From positions 6,379-70,378 of IMG/VR virus record IMGVR_UViG_3300009176_000030: DNA of 64,000 bases; one strand, given 5' to 3'. The DNA comes from a virus. The translations under genes were made by a program, and so were the position numbers. The notes under the pieces were generated by a model, which was not told the DNA's origin, did no database searches, and saw only the letters and a program-made list of their open reading frames with translations. Below, one piece after another: positions 1 through 9,628 of the stretch (its first letter is position 1; each line of letters starts with the position of its first letter).

Positions 1-558
1 GAGCGCGGCGATGTGGTCCTGCTCGACGACGTGATGAAGGTCCATCCCCACATCCACAACTCGATCACGTCCCTGCTCGACGGCTCGGAAGCGGTGGACA
101 TCAGCGATCTCAACGAGACGCTGCACCGCCATCCCAAGACGGTGTTCATCGCGACCGCCAACGAGGGCGCCAAGTACGGCGGCCAGCACCGCATGGACTG
201 GTCGATGCGGGAACGGTTCAGTACGACCCTGCGCCGTGAGCCGCCGCCCGAGGACGAGGAGATCAAGGTCCTCGTCTCAGCCACCAACTGCGACGAGGAT
301 GCCGCGTCAGTCCTTGTTGCGATCGCCCGCAAGACGCGCGACATGCATCTCGGTGGTGATCTTCGGAGCGCCATCAGCACCCGGACCCTGGTCGCCGCCG
401 CGCAGTGGGTCGGCTTCGGGATGCGCGAATGGGACGCGCTCAACATCACCGCGGTCCAGGAGTTCGACGGCGATGCCTCGGGCATGGTCGGTGCAGAGTC
501 CGACCGCCAGAAGGTGCTCGGCATCATGGAAGGAAAGCTCGGCCGTGCCCGCCGATGA
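1..558 (+). CDS. MoxR/CobS/CbbQ-family AAA+ ATPase (5'-truncated by window edge)
   Basis: Frame open from base 1; Walker B VVLLDD, sensor FIATAN, R-finger region SMRERF, C-terminal ISTRTL; near a VWA gene. Confidence 0.85.
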   Translation, partial: ERGDVVLLDDVMKVHPHIHNSITSLLDGSEAVDISDLNETLHRHPKTVFIATANEGAKYGGQHRMDWSMRERFSTTLRREPPPEDEEIKVLVSATNCDEDAASVLVAIARKTRDMHLGGDLRSAISTRTLVAAAQWVGFGMREWDALNITAVQEFDGDASGMVGAESDRQKVLGIMEGKLGRARR

Positions 559-808
559 TCTGAAGTTTGGCGACGTGATTCGGTTCCGGTTCGGTGGTTC
601 CAACGTGACCGCCATGGTTGTCGCAACGAGCGTCGATCGGTTCGTGGAGACCGACGAAGGCACCTCGATGACACCGGAGAACGTCACCCAGAAGGTGATC
701 GTCTTTGGACTGGCAAACGATGGCAATCCCGCCGATTACGGTTCCTTCCATAACGTCGGCGAGACGGCAACGTTCATCACCGAAGAAGGCTACGAGGTCC
801 TGCCGTGA
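545..808 (+). CDS. small hypothetical protein, SH3/YodC-like motif
   Basis: GTG at 545 overlapping AAA end; LKFGDVIRFRFGG...AMVV. Confidence 0.6.
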   Translation: MPADDLKFGDVIRFRFGGSNVTAMVVATSVDRFVETDEGTSMTPENVTQKVIVFGLANDGNPADYGSFHNVGETATFITEEGYEVLP

Positions 809-2598
809 GCCTGTCCGGTCGGTGGGCGGGTTCGACCCATCGCGCGTTGCAAGCCGAGATCACGACCATCCAGCGGCTCGCCCTGGCCTTGGGTCCGGTG
901 CGCTCGGTGATCCGGGTGATCGATGACCACGTCCCGCCGATGACGGTCAACTGGGCACAGGTCGGCAAGGACGACAAGGGTCGCCCGATGTCGATCTCGT
1001 ACACCGATTTCGAGAACGCCCGTGTCGCGATCAACCCGATCCCGGTCATGGAGTTCGGGCTTGTCAATCCGGGCAAGGCAATCGACATCAGCACCGGCTT
1101 CGCCATGCACGAGGCCGCCCACGGCAAGCACAGCCGGGACAAGTTCCAAGCCCTCCTCGATCGTGAGTACATCGGGCACGAGGGCGCGACGCATCGTGAT
1201 ATCCCGGCCTTCCGCCCGATGCGCGTCGCGTGCTACCTGCTCAACCTGGTCGAGGATGTTCGGATCGAAGATGCCACCTCAAAGGATTGGCCGGGCTTCG
1301 GTGCGTACTTCGATGCCGTGCTCGATTGGGTGTGGGGCGAGATGCGCCAGCACCACGATGTTCCGATCACGGTGGGGAAGACGGTCGCCGATCGACTGAA
1401 GGTCGTCTTCCTTGCCTGCCGCTATCCGGCCAACGTCCCTGCCGAGTTCGATGATCCGGCCGAGATCGCCTGGTGGCAGGCGTGGCAGCACGATTATCTG
1501 TCCGAGACAACGGACGTGCGCGAGACGATCCGGCGCGGGCTCGATCGACTCGCCGGACGCCCCGAGACACAGGCCGAGATGGACAAGATGGCCCGTGACG
1601 AAAAGCGCGAGGAGGCCGCCGGGGAGCGACTGCGCGCCCAGATCGAGCGGCTCATGCGCGAAGGCATCCCCGGCACGTATCAGGTGTGCATCGGTGACAA
1701 CGGCGACATGCGACCGCTGACTGCCGAGGAGGCCGAGGGCGTGGACAAACTGGTCCGCGAAGGTCTCATCGTCATCGAGCCGGTCATCATGTCCGCCGGG
1801 GCAGCTTGCGCCGAGATCAGGGTCTCAAAGCCCGAGGAGACGGCCGACTCACGGCGGGCCTACATCGGCAAGCCCACCGCCACCGTCGAGGCGCTGCGGG
1901 CGGCGCTCGTGTTCCGCCAGGAGTTGCCGCGCTACGACATCAAGTTGCAGAAATCAGGTGAGTTGGACGACACCGAACTGCACCGCTGGTCGATGGGCGA
2001 CAACCGCATCTTCACCGAGCGCGTGATCGAAGGTCGCCCCGACGTGCTGATGGGCCTGCTCGTTGATCTGTCGGGCTCGATGGCATGGGGCTCGAAACTG
2101 CCGACCGCCCAGCGTCTTGCCCAGTTGATGTTGTGGGCGCTGCATGACCAAGTTGGAGTGACGACGAGGGTCTGGGGTCATACCGGCGATCTCGGTACGT
2201 CGGGCTCGGATATCTACCGGCTGTGGGAGCCGGGCGATCCGTTGACCCGGCTGGGCCTGATCGATGATCTCGACCACGCCGACAACTACGACTCGTTCGC
2301 CATCAACTACTGCCTCAGCCAGATGGTCGATGCGCCGGAGCCCCAGAAGGTCCTCGTCGTCCTGTCCGACGGGCTGCCTGCCGGGCATGGCTACGGCGGG
2401 CAGGCTGCCGCGCATCACGTCCGGCAGGTGACCGACTGGGGACGGCGCAACGGCATCAACGTCATCCAGATCGCGATCGATCGGAACCTTCAGATCGAGG
2501 ACCAGGTGGAGATGTTCGGTGCCGAGAACGTCATCCCGTACACGAGCGATGCCGATCTCCCCAAGCAGTTGACGAAGGTGATGCTGAAGTGGGCATAA
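805..2598 (+). CDS. CobT-like VWA-domain protein with N-terminal HExxH region
   Basis: MHEAAH and NLVEDVRIE motifs; MIDAS DLSGS and VLSDG; partner of upstream AAA. Confidence 0.85.
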   Translation: MSLSGRWAGSTHRALQAEITTIQRLALALGPVRSVIRVIDDHVPPMTVNWAQVGKDDKGRPMSISYTDFENARVAINPIPVMEFGLVNPGKAIDISTGFAMHEAAHGKHSRDKFQALLDREYIGHEGATHRDIPAFRPMRVACYLLNLVEDVRIEDATSKDWPGFGAYFDAVLDWVWGEMRQHHDVPITVGKTVADRLKVVFLACRYPANVPAEFDDPAEIAWWQAWQHDYLSETTDVRETIRRGLDRLAGRPETQAEMDKMARDEKREEAAGERLRAQIERLMREGIPGTYQVCIGDNGDMRPLTAEEAEGVDKLVREGLIVIEPVIMSAGAACAEIRVSKPEETADSRRAYIGKPTATVEALRAALVFRQELPRYDIKLQKSGELDDTELHRWSMGDNRIFTERVIEGRPDVLMGLLVDLSGSMAWGSKLPTAQRLAQLMLWALHDQVGVTTRVWGHTGDLGTSGSDIYRLWEPGDPLTRLGLIDDLDHADNYDSFAINYCLSQMVDAPEPQKVLVVLSDGLPAGHGYGGQAAAHHVRQVTDWGRRNGINVIQIAIDRNLQIEDQVEMFGAENVIPYTSDADLPKQLTKVMLKWA

Positions 2599-2840
2599 CG
2601 CACACGTTCCGCGGGGCCAAGGACCATCAGGCGTGGCGGTTCGGGGACATCCTGATCTTCGGGGAGAACAAAGCAAGCGAAGCCTCTCTGAAGATCATGT
2701 TCATTGCGCATCGCCCTCATGGCGCCTTCTCTAGTCTCAATCTCAGCGGGTTCACGGGGATCAGAAGCGGGAACTCGAACGGTGATGTAGTTGGCTATCG
2801 ATCCCCGAACGAATGGACCCGTATCGAGAAAGCGCCATGA
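2589..2840 (+). CDS. small hypothetical protein, SH3-like motif
   Basis: Coupled ORF; WRFGDILIFG...KIMFI. Confidence 0.55.
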   Translation: MGITHTFRGAKDHQAWRFGDILIFGENKASEASLKIMFIAHRPHGAFSSLNLSGFTGIRSGNSNGDVVGYRSPNEWTRIEKAP

Positions 2841-3241
2841 CGTACCGACAGATGGCCGAGACGCTGGGCGTGACGTTCTGCGGCGGCGAGTGCGGCATCA
2901 CCGTGATGAGCCACGACAAGGGGTTCACCTTCCTGGAGGTCATCCACTGGCGCGAGCGACGGTTCACCCGGCGCGGGGCCAAGACGTTCCTGATGCTCAT
3001 CGCCCGGCAGAAGCGCCTGCTCGATCCCGAGTTCCTGCACATCGGAGAGTTCGATTGGATGTACGAGTACAACGACTCGGTCATGGCCCAACGGATGGCC
3101 GGGCAGTTGGGCTTCCGCATTCCGGCGCACCTGTTCGACATCGAACGGAACCGATGTGCCCGGCTCGCCCACAAGCGGGGCGTGAAGCTCTCGAAGTACC
3201 CGGCGATCTATGCATGGGCATACGACTGGCTCGACCGATGA
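2837..3241 (+). CDS. hypothetical protein
   Basis: ATGA overlaps at both ends. Confidence 0.65.
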   Translation: MTYRQMAETLGVTFCGGECGITVMSHDKGFTFLEVIHWRERRFTRRGAKTFLMLIARQKRLLDPEFLHIGEFDWMYEYNDSVMAQRMAGQLGFRIPAHLFDIERNRCARLAHKRGVKLSKYPAIYAWAYDWLDR

Positions 3242-3783
3242 GGCGCGAGTACCGACTGTGGTGGAAGCGTGAGGGCAACGTCTCGCCGCGCTCCAAGCGG
3301 TTCACCAACATGAAGCGGCTCAACGGCTACCTCCGGGCGCTGACTGCCACGACCGCCGAGGAACGGTACGGCGACAAGGTTGACCAGCAATGGCACTGCT
3401 CGGGTTCGTCGGGTGATGGCTATTCGGAGCCGTACGAGCCGTGCTACAAGAACTGCGAGGGCAAAACCTGGCGACAGAAGTTCGAGGACGAGAAGGCGAA
3501 CTATGCCCTCATCGGCGCTCTCACTGAGGTCAGAATCGAGAGCCGCGAACTGCCAGCGTGGACCACGGAGACGACCATGAGCGAGAGCGAGGACTTCAAG
3601 TTCGGCGAGATCATCCGCCTTTCCGACGACTATCTCGCCGCGGTGCCGACCGGCCATAAGGACACCCGCTTGATGGTCATCGACCAGAAGTTCGGCCTGC
3701 TCCTGCGCCGAGACAGTCGCGATAAGTACGTCGAGGGAATACGCGGCTACAACCATTTCCTGTGGACGAAGACCGATGACTAA
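3238..3783 (+). CDS. hypothetical protein with C-terminal SH3-like motif
   Basis: ATGA overlap; FKFGEIIRL...RLMVI at C-terminus. Confidence 0.65.
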   Translation: MRREYRLWWKREGNVSPRSKRFTNMKRLNGYLRALTATTAEERYGDKVDQQWHCSGSSGDGYSEPYEPCYKNCEGKTWRQKFEDEKANYALIGALTEVRIESRELPAWTTETTMSESEDFKFGEIIRLSDDYLAAVPTGHKDTRLMVIDQKFGLLLRRDSRDKYVEGIRGYNHFLWTKTDD

Positions 3784-4057
3784 GCCCGTCCCCCAACGCC
3801 TTCTCCTCGAACGGCTGAAGCGCCTGATCGATCTCGCCTCGGCCAAGGGTGCCTCGGCATCCCGAGACCAGGCGAAGTACGAACTGCGCGAACTGCTGAA
3901 CACCGAGCACTGGCAGACCGTCTACATCTACTACAACCTTGCCGTGCGGCGCTGCCGCTACCTGCGCTCGATTGGCTACCCCGTGCCCGGCAAGTACCTG
4001 TACGCCAGCGAGAACGACGTGCAGCGGATCATCGCGCATAACGAGAAGGAGAGGTGA
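3776..4057 (+). CDS. hypothetical protein
   Basis: Coupled ORF. Confidence 0.6.
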   Translation: MTKPVPQRLLLERLKRLIDLASAKGASASRDQAKYELRELLNTEHWQTVYIYYNLAVRRCRYLRSIGYPVPGKYLYASENDVQRIIAHNEKER

Positions 4058-4647
4058 ATATCTGGTCTCCGATCTGGGGCCATCCGACCTACATCAACGG
4101 ACGAACCCTGACCCCAGCCGAGGCCGCGCTGCACTGGGCCGGTCAACTGGAGGAACAGGGTAAATCTCCGAGGAAGATCGTCTACTCGACGTGGATATGG
4201 GTCCGATCCAAGGGCTCAGTCTGGCACCGTTCAGCCTGCCAGCACTTGGATGGGACATGGACAACCGACTGCAACGTCAGCCACAACCTGGTGGCCGATG
4301 AGATCGCCTACGAGATGCCCGCCTGTTCGGGCTCGAACAATGCGACCGAGCAGTTCGAGGGACGTTACCGAGTACGAGTGTGCCATCACTGCCGAAGTTA
4401 CGAAGCCAGAGATGAAGACGAAAGGTGCCAGTACGTGACGAAGATGAGTGAGCCGAAAGAGAAGATCGAAGTCATCGTCGAGGTGGCAGGCAAGCGCTAC
4501 CGAGGGCGGCTGAAGCAGATGGTTCAACGCCATGACGAGACGAGTTGGCGCCCCGGCGACGGGGACATGCCCGAACTCGGGCAGGTCGTCCTCGACATCC
4601 TGATGACCGTGGACAAGACCGAACCCCTGACCAAGGCGCGCCGATGA
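4054..4647 (+). CDS. hypothetical protein with WH...C...CxxC zinc-finger-like segment
   Basis: GTGA overlap, RBS GGAGAG; VWHRSAC...TDC...VCHHC. Confidence 0.6.
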   Translation: MNIWSPIWGHPTYINGRTLTPAEAALHWAGQLEEQGKSPRKIVYSTWIWVRSKGSVWHRSACQHLDGTWTTDCNVSHNLVADEIAYEMPACSGSNNATEQFEGRYRVRVCHHCRSYEARDEDERCQYVTKMSEPKEKIEVIVEVAGKRYRGRLKQMVQRHDETSWRPGDGDMPELGQVVLDILMTVDKTEPLTKARR

Positions 4648-4835
4648 GCGCACCGCAGATGTGGTCGCTCGAATGGGACGATGGGCGGAAGGAACGATTC
4701 TGGGGAACGATTACCCTGGAGGGTTCATTTGTCCGCCTCGTTCACTACACGGGCGGCGTAGCGGGTATGCCGCGCCCTGACCGCGAACAGGTGGTTCGCG
4801 CCGAGAAGCTGCGCGGGTGGGAGACGGACCGATGA
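4644..4835 (+). CDS. hypothetical protein
   Basis: ATGA overlaps. Confidence 0.55.
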   Translation: MSAPQMWSLEWDDGRKERFWGTITLEGSFVRLVHYTGGVAGMPRPDREQVVRAEKLRGWETDR

Positions 4836-5203
4836 CCAACTGGCGCACTCCCGAAACGCTGGCCGCAGTTCAGAAGCTCGCTGACATCGGCGACCTAGCC
4901 ATCGAGTACGTCGAGGCGATGGAAGCGGACTGGCTCGAAGTCAAGGACCCACATGAAACCGACGACGACCTGGAGCCGTCGTGGATCGCCTTTCGCAATG
5001 AGGTTCGCCGCCTCGCCGCCGAGGCCCGGCAACTGTGGCCCGACATGCCAGCCCAACAGACACGGTTGCACTGGACGGCAGGCAGCGATGTCGTCATCAG
5101 CGATACGGGAATATCCCACACCGAACAGTGCCTCGCGCGAAAGCGGGAAGGTCGCTATCACAGCGCGTGCCTATGCTCATGTCACGATGACTCCCAGCGA
5201 TGA
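4832..5203 (+). CDS. hypothetical protein
   Basis: ATGA overlaps. Confidence 0.55.
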   Translation: MTNWRTPETLAAVQKLADIGDLAIEYVEAMEADWLEVKDPHETDDDLEPSWIAFRNEVRRLAAEARQLWPDMPAQQTRLHWTAGSDVVISDTGISHTEQCLARKREGRYHSACLCSCHDDSQR

Positions 5204-5628
5204 CCGATGAACTCGTCCCCGAGTGGACTGGCCCTTGCTGGATGTCGCCCAATAAGCCAAGTTCAGATGGTTATGTGCGGATCAAGGTAAAACACCACAA
5301 GTCCTTGGTTCATCGGACATTATTCGAGGCCGTATTTGGTCCAGTACCACAAGGACTAGAACTGGATCATCTCTGCCGGAATCGGGCCTGCGCAAACCCT
5401 TGGCATCTAGAGGCAGTCAGCCATACGGTGAACATGCGGAGGGGATCGAAAAATCGGGCAGTCGGGCCTCGCCTGTCGCCTCAGTGTCGCCGCGGCCATC
5501 TGTTCACTGTCGAGAATACGATCATTCGCCATCCCCTCATCGATGGAACACGACGTAACCATCGTCTATGTCGGACCTGCGATAACGCCAAGCAACGTGA
5601 ACGTCGCCAGCGAACGGATGCCAAGTGA
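5200..5628 (+). CDS. HNH endonuclease
   Basis: ELDHLCRNRACANPWHLEAVSHTVN plus CRRGH...CRTC; locally lower GC. Confidence 0.9.
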   Translation: MTDELVPEWTGPCWMSPNKPSSDGYVRIKVKHHKSLVHRTLFEAVFGPVPQGLELDHLCRNRACANPWHLEAVSHTVNMRRGSKNRAVGPRLSPQCRRGHLFTVENTIIRHPLIDGTRRNHRLCRTCDNAKQRERRQRTDAK

Positions 5629-6341
5629 GCGACGGCGAGATCATTCTGTCCCACAGTTCGATCGCCGAATACTGGAAGTGCCACCACCGGTACTACCTGA
5701 ACAGCGTCCTGCGGTTGCCGGGCGTCGGCAATCTGGCGATGGCGCTCGGCACAGCGGTTCATGCCGCGGCGGAAGCCATCTACACGTCGCCCCTGAAGCC
5801 TCTAGCGGTGCTCAGGCGCTCGTTCGCCGCCGAGACTGCCGGATTGCCCGCCCAAGAGATGAGCGATGATCCTGGGGCATTGGGCGACGGGGAGACGATG
5901 CTCGCGACCTACCAGCGCGAGGTCGTGCCGACGTTCCATCCGACCATGAACGAGCGGGCCTTCACCGTCCGGGCCGAGGAGGTGCTGCTGACGGGCATCA
6001 TCGACGCGGCCGACGACGAGGATGTCCACGACACCAAGACCACCTCGCTCATCAGCAAGTTCCATCCCGAGTCGTACCAGGTCCAGATGACGATCTACCA
6101 CTGGGGTTACACCGCGATCACCGGCCATGCCCCGAAGCGGCTCCTGCTCGATGTGCTGCCGCGCGGCGGCAAGGTTCGCTACCGACAGGTCGAGGTCAAG
6201 CCCGCGCATGGTGAGGTCCGAGACCTCGTGCGCTTGACTGCTCATGGGATAATGCAACGGGACTGGACCCCGACTGGGGCTCTGTCCGGTGCTTGTGCCT
6301 ACTGTCCGTTCCGTACGTCATGTGAGTTCTCGAATGTTTGA
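5625..6341 (+). CDS. PD-(D/E)XK (RecB/Cas4-like) exonuclease
   Basis: LSHSSI..YWKC, GTAVH, GIID, DTKT, QMTIY, CAYCPFRTSC. Confidence 0.85.
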   Translation: MSDGEIILSHSSIAEYWKCHHRYYLNSVLRLPGVGNLAMALGTAVHAAAEAIYTSPLKPLAVLRRSFAAETAGLPAQEMSDDPGALGDGETMLATYQREVVPTFHPTMNERAFTVRAEEVLLTGIIDAADDEDVHDTKTTSLISKFHPESYQVQMTIYHWGYTAITGHAPKRLLLDVLPRGGKVRYRQVEVKPAHGEVRDLVRLTAHGIMQRDWTPTGALSGACAYCPFRTSCEFSNV

Positions 6342-6597
6342 GTCCGGCGCATCCAGCCTGCTCGTCACGGTCAAGATCAGCGGGCCGCAGGGTATCGCGA
6401 CCAGGAACCTCTACCACGTGCCGCGGATTGGGGATCACGTCTCGTTCCCGGCCGACGACCACGAGGAGGGCGGCGTCTACTGGACCGTGGTCGGCACCGT
6501 GCGCTCCGTGCTCTGGATGGACGAGTACATCCACGTTGACGTGACCATGGGCGAGAAGTTGGACGCCGAGGCCAAGACGTTGAGGGGATTGAGTTGA
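6334..6597 (+). CDS. hypothetical protein (SH3-like PRIGD motif)
   Basis: ATG overlapping exonuclease end; VPRIGDHVSF. Confidence 0.55.
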   Translation: MFESGASSLLVTVKISGPQGIATRNLYHVPRIGDHVSFPADDHEEGGVYWTVVGTVRSVLWMDEYIHVDVTMGEKLDAEAKTLRGLS

Positions 6598-7004
6598 GCG
6601 ACGACGACAGGACATACGAGGTCGTCTTCACCGACGGCAGGCACCAGCGGATCACCGTGCCCGCCGCATGGAAGGTCTCGTTCGGAGCGATCGTACCAGC
6701 CGCCAAGGCTTCCTCATCCGGCTACGGCGGCTGGGGTCTGCGGGTCTGGGAGGCGACCGACAAGCAGCGCGCCGTGTACTCGGGCGTGACCGAGTTCTGG
6801 GATATCTCGATCCCGGTCCAGGTAAAAGCCGCGCGCAAGTTCGGCACCGACGAATGGCTGCTCGATGACGGCACGTTCAAGGATGAGGAAGTCGAACGGC
6901 AGTGGAAGCCCGAGAGCGAGATCGGCCGTCCGCCACAGGATGTCGATGAAGACGAGCCGGTCGGACTGATCGGCATGAGGCCGCGCAAGAACAGGAGTTT
7001 CTGA
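6594..7004 (+). CDS. hypothetical protein
   Basis: TTGA overlap, coding-like usage. Confidence 0.65.
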   Translation: MSDDDRTYEVVFTDGRHQRITVPAAWKVSFGAIVPAAKASSSGYGGWGLRVWEATDKQRAVYSGVTEFWDISIPVQVKAARKFGTDEWLLDDGTFKDEEVERQWKPESEIGRPPQDVDEDEPVGLIGMRPRKNRSF

Positions 7005-8389
7005 TGACTACCGAAGTCGAGCGACTACCGTGGGAAACAGACGAGGACCCGTCCAGCATGGGAACAGATACACCGAATGAACCGATCGACGAGATCACCG
7101 AGGGAGAGATCGTGAGCGAGCGTGCCATCGCCATCGTGCCGCCGCAACATCATGTGGTGGTCGGCATGGGCACGCTCGCCGAAATGACCGAGGAGGAGTT
7201 CGAGGCCAAGCTGCTCATCATGGAGAAGGGCCAGGCTCGCCTGCGCCTGATCCAGGAGCGCCTGCTCGTGGCTGGCGAGGACTACGGTCGAGTGCAGGGC
7301 ATCGACAAGCCGTTCCTGCATCAGCCCGGTGCCGAGAAACTGGCGAACTTCTACGGTCTCGCCGTCCGTCAGGAAGCCGAGCGGATCGAGGGCACGCGCG
7401 CCACGGTCACCATCGACGGAGTGACCATGGCCGCCCAGCCGGGCGAGTGGCTGTCGCCACCGTTCGCGTACCACGTCAAGTCGTACGTCCACCTCGGCGA
7501 CTTCGACGGGCCGATCGTGGCGCAGGGCTTCGGCGAGGCGAACGTCTGGGAAGACAAGTACCGCTACCGCTGGGAGAACCCCAAGTGCCCCAACTGCGGG
7601 CGTGAAGGGCTCATCAAGCGCAAGTCCCCGCCGAACCTCGCGGGCAAGTGGAACTGCCCATCATGGCAGAACAAGGGCGGCTGTAATGCCGTGTTCGAGC
7701 CCAACGACGAGCGGATCGGCGTCGCCCGCAAGGTCGAGTACGAGAACCCCTACTCGAACGCCGAGACGATCCTGCTGATGGCGGCCAAGCGCTCGCTGGT
7801 GTCGTCGATCAGGCGCGCCACCGGCACGTCGGGACTGTTCACACAAGATGAGGACTCACCGTCGGTCCGGGCACAGGCGGGCGATGCGTTCGGTGATGAC
7901 GGCGAGGCGCCGAAGATCGAGAACGTCCCGAACGTGGTGGCCGCGGCGGGCGGCAAGGAGGCCCTGGCCTCGACCGTCCAACTGCGCGAACTGGTCGAAC
8001 TCTCCCGCGAGCGCGACCTCGGCGCATCGGGCATCGCGGCGGTAATGAAGCGGCTGTTCGGCAAGGACATCGGCGAGACCCAGAAGGCCGTCAGCGATGC
8101 CGCCAAGGCACTGACTGGCGACAAGATCGGGAAACTACTCAACGCCATTCGGACGGGGGAGGTGCCCGAGGAGATAACCGTCACGGCGACTCGCAAGGTC
8201 GAAACTGGCGGCACTGAGCCGACCGGCACACCCTGGTCTGGTGATCCCGGCGCCCTGCTGGAGAATGGCGAGCGCGACGGTCCGCCGGATGACTTCCTCG
8301 ATCCACCGAAGCCGAAGCGTGGTCGTCCACCCGGCTCGAAGAACAAGCCGAAGGATGCGTTCATCGACGACCAGGATGAGACGCCGTGA
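7004..8389 (+). CDS. putative ssDNA-annealing/recombination protein with zinc-ribbon insert and C-terminal AT-hook
   Basis: DYG..G.DKPFL.QPGAEKL and MAAKRSLV...SGLFTQD; CPNC...C...C; KRGRPPGSKNK; near exonuclease. Confidence 0.6.
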   Translation: MTTEVERLPWETDEDPSSMGTDTPNEPIDEITEGEIVSERAIAIVPPQHHVVVGMGTLAEMTEEEFEAKLLIMEKGQARLRLIQERLLVAGEDYGRVQGIDKPFLHQPGAEKLANFYGLAVRQEAERIEGTRATVTIDGVTMAAQPGEWLSPPFAYHVKSYVHLGDFDGPIVAQGFGEANVWEDKYRYRWENPKCPNCGREGLIKRKSPPNLAGKWNCPSWQNKGGCNAVFEPNDERIGVARKVEYENPYSNAETILLMAAKRSLVSSIRRATGTSGLFTQDEDSPSVRAQAGDAFGDDGEAPKIENVPNVVAAAGGKEALASTVQLRELVELSRERDLGASGIAAVMKRLFGKDIGETQKAVSDAAKALTGDKIGKLLNAIRTGEVPEEITVTATRKVETGGTEPTGTPWSGDPGALLENGERDGPPDDFLDPPKPKRGRPPGSKNKPKDAFIDDQDETP

Positions 8390-8739
8390 TGGCAACCGAT
8401 GTCGCGATTGAGGACGTAAAGGCCCTGCTCGACATGGCGACGAGTTCCATGGACTGGGGCTCAGGCTTTCTGGACCATGATGAGGTCGCGGTGCTGCGGC
8501 GCGTGGCAGTCGCTATCGGGTCGGACCCAATCGATGCCACGCCCAACGAATGGCGCAGCCAGTACGCCCATGCATACAAGCCCACGATGAGGTCTGTGTG
8601 GGAGCCGTATAACCCGCTCACGGCACCGCGTCCCAAGCGACTGCCAGACATCGAAGTCTGCGAGCACTGTCCGCTGAACGAATCTGATCCCATCCATCAC
8701 GGTATCGACAATCTTCCGACCGGCGAGGAGACCCCATGA
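8386..8739 (+). CDS. hypothetical protein
   Basis: Coupled ORF. Confidence 0.6.
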   Translation: MMATDVAIEDVKALLDMATSSMDWGSGFLDHDEVAVLRRVAVAIGSDPIDATPNEWRSQYAHAYKPTMRSVWEPYNPLTAPRPKRLPDIEVCEHCPLNESDPIHHGIDNLPTGEETP

Positions 8740-9035
8740 CCCTACCCAAGACTGACCAGGAGCGGGCGCACGACAACTACCTGCGGACGCCGCGGCCGTT
8801 CTCATTCGTCCGTCCCAAGTTCCACCGCGATACGGCCGAATGGCTGCTCGATCTGCTGACCGAGGAGAAGGAAGCCGAGTTCAAGCTGCTCGCCAAGTAC
8901 CGCACCGAAGGTCGATTGGAGGAGGACCCGGACGTGTTGGATACGCGGGCGAACCTGAACTATTGCATCACGATCATCAAGGACCTGGAGCGGGGGCTCA
9001 TCGACATGGTCGGCCCAAGGCCAGAGGGCGACTAG
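8736..9035 (+). CDS. hypothetical protein
   Basis: ATGA overlap, RBS GAGGAG. Confidence 0.6.
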   Translation: MTLPKTDQERAHDNYLRTPRPFSFVRPKFHRDTAEWLLDLLTEEKEAEFKLLAKYRTEGRLEEDPDVLDTRANLNYCITIIKDLERGLIDMVGPRPEGD

Positions 9036-9037
9036 CG

Positions 9038-9136
9038 ATGAGCCACGAGAGGCAAGTCGAAGCGGCCTTGGGCGCCATCCTTGGAATGCAGATTGCTATT
9101 TTCATGGTCCTAATCACTATGGCCGTGACAAGGTGA
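9038..9136 (+). CDS. 32-aa single-TM peptide
   Basis: MSHERQVEAALGAILGMQIAIFMVLITMAVTR; fills gap exactly. Confidence 0.45.
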   Translation: MSHERQVEAALGAILGMQIAIFMVLITMAVTR

Positions 9137-9336
9137 TCGAGAAGCGCACCTACAACGAGGCGCGCGCAGGCTACGACGTGGAAGGCCCGTGCTGGAATTG
9201 CGGCTCGCCCATTCGCTACTTCGTGGACGAAGACGGCACACCGCGAGACATTCGGAGGATCACCGATGCATCCGACGCCGCCGCAACGCAGCCCGTTGAT
9301 CCGCAAGCGTCGGTGGCATCCGACGCCGAAGCCTAG
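9133..9336 (+). CDS. hypothetical protein (CxxC)
   Basis: GTGA overlap; CWNC; overlaps next ORF by 70 nt. Confidence 0.45.
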   Translation: MIEKRTYNEARAGYDVEGPCWNCGSPIRYFVDEDGTPRDIRRITDASDAAATQPVDPQASVASDAEA

Positions 9337-9628
9337 AGAACCATTCCCCGATGGCCTATGGGACTACATCATGGAACGCGACAAGGATTGCATCTTCGCC
9401 GTGCTGCCTGACCATCGCTGCCAGGGCTTCGGGAGGGATACCGTCGAACATGTCCCCGACGAGAACCGGAAGGGCATCGGCATGAGGCGCGAGATCGCCG
9501 CACCCGATGACAAGTTCCACCTCGTTCGGGCATGCCTCGATGCGAACGTCAATGGCTATGCCAGCGCACACCGAGACTTTGCCCGCGCCCACATCGCGAG
9601 GAAAGAGCATGTCGAAACTTCCGGCTAA
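9266..9628 (+). CDS. degenerate HNH-like protein
   Basis: ERDKDC...RC...EHV...HLVRAC..AN. Confidence 0.55.
   Translation: MHPTPPQRSPLIRKRRWHPTPKPREPFPDGLWDYIMERDKDCIFAVLPDHRCQGFGRDTVEHVPDENRKGIGMRREIAAPDDKFHLVRACLDANVNGYASAHRDFARAHIARKEHVETSG

Noticed and set aside
1-2598. AAA/VWA pair as cobalamin biosynthesis genes
   Set aside because: No cobN or other cob genes; such pairs are common phage chaperone-like modules
5625-6341. Cas4-like nuclease as sign of CRISPR-Cas
   Set aside because: No cas1/cas2 or repeat-spacer array; context is a phage recombination module
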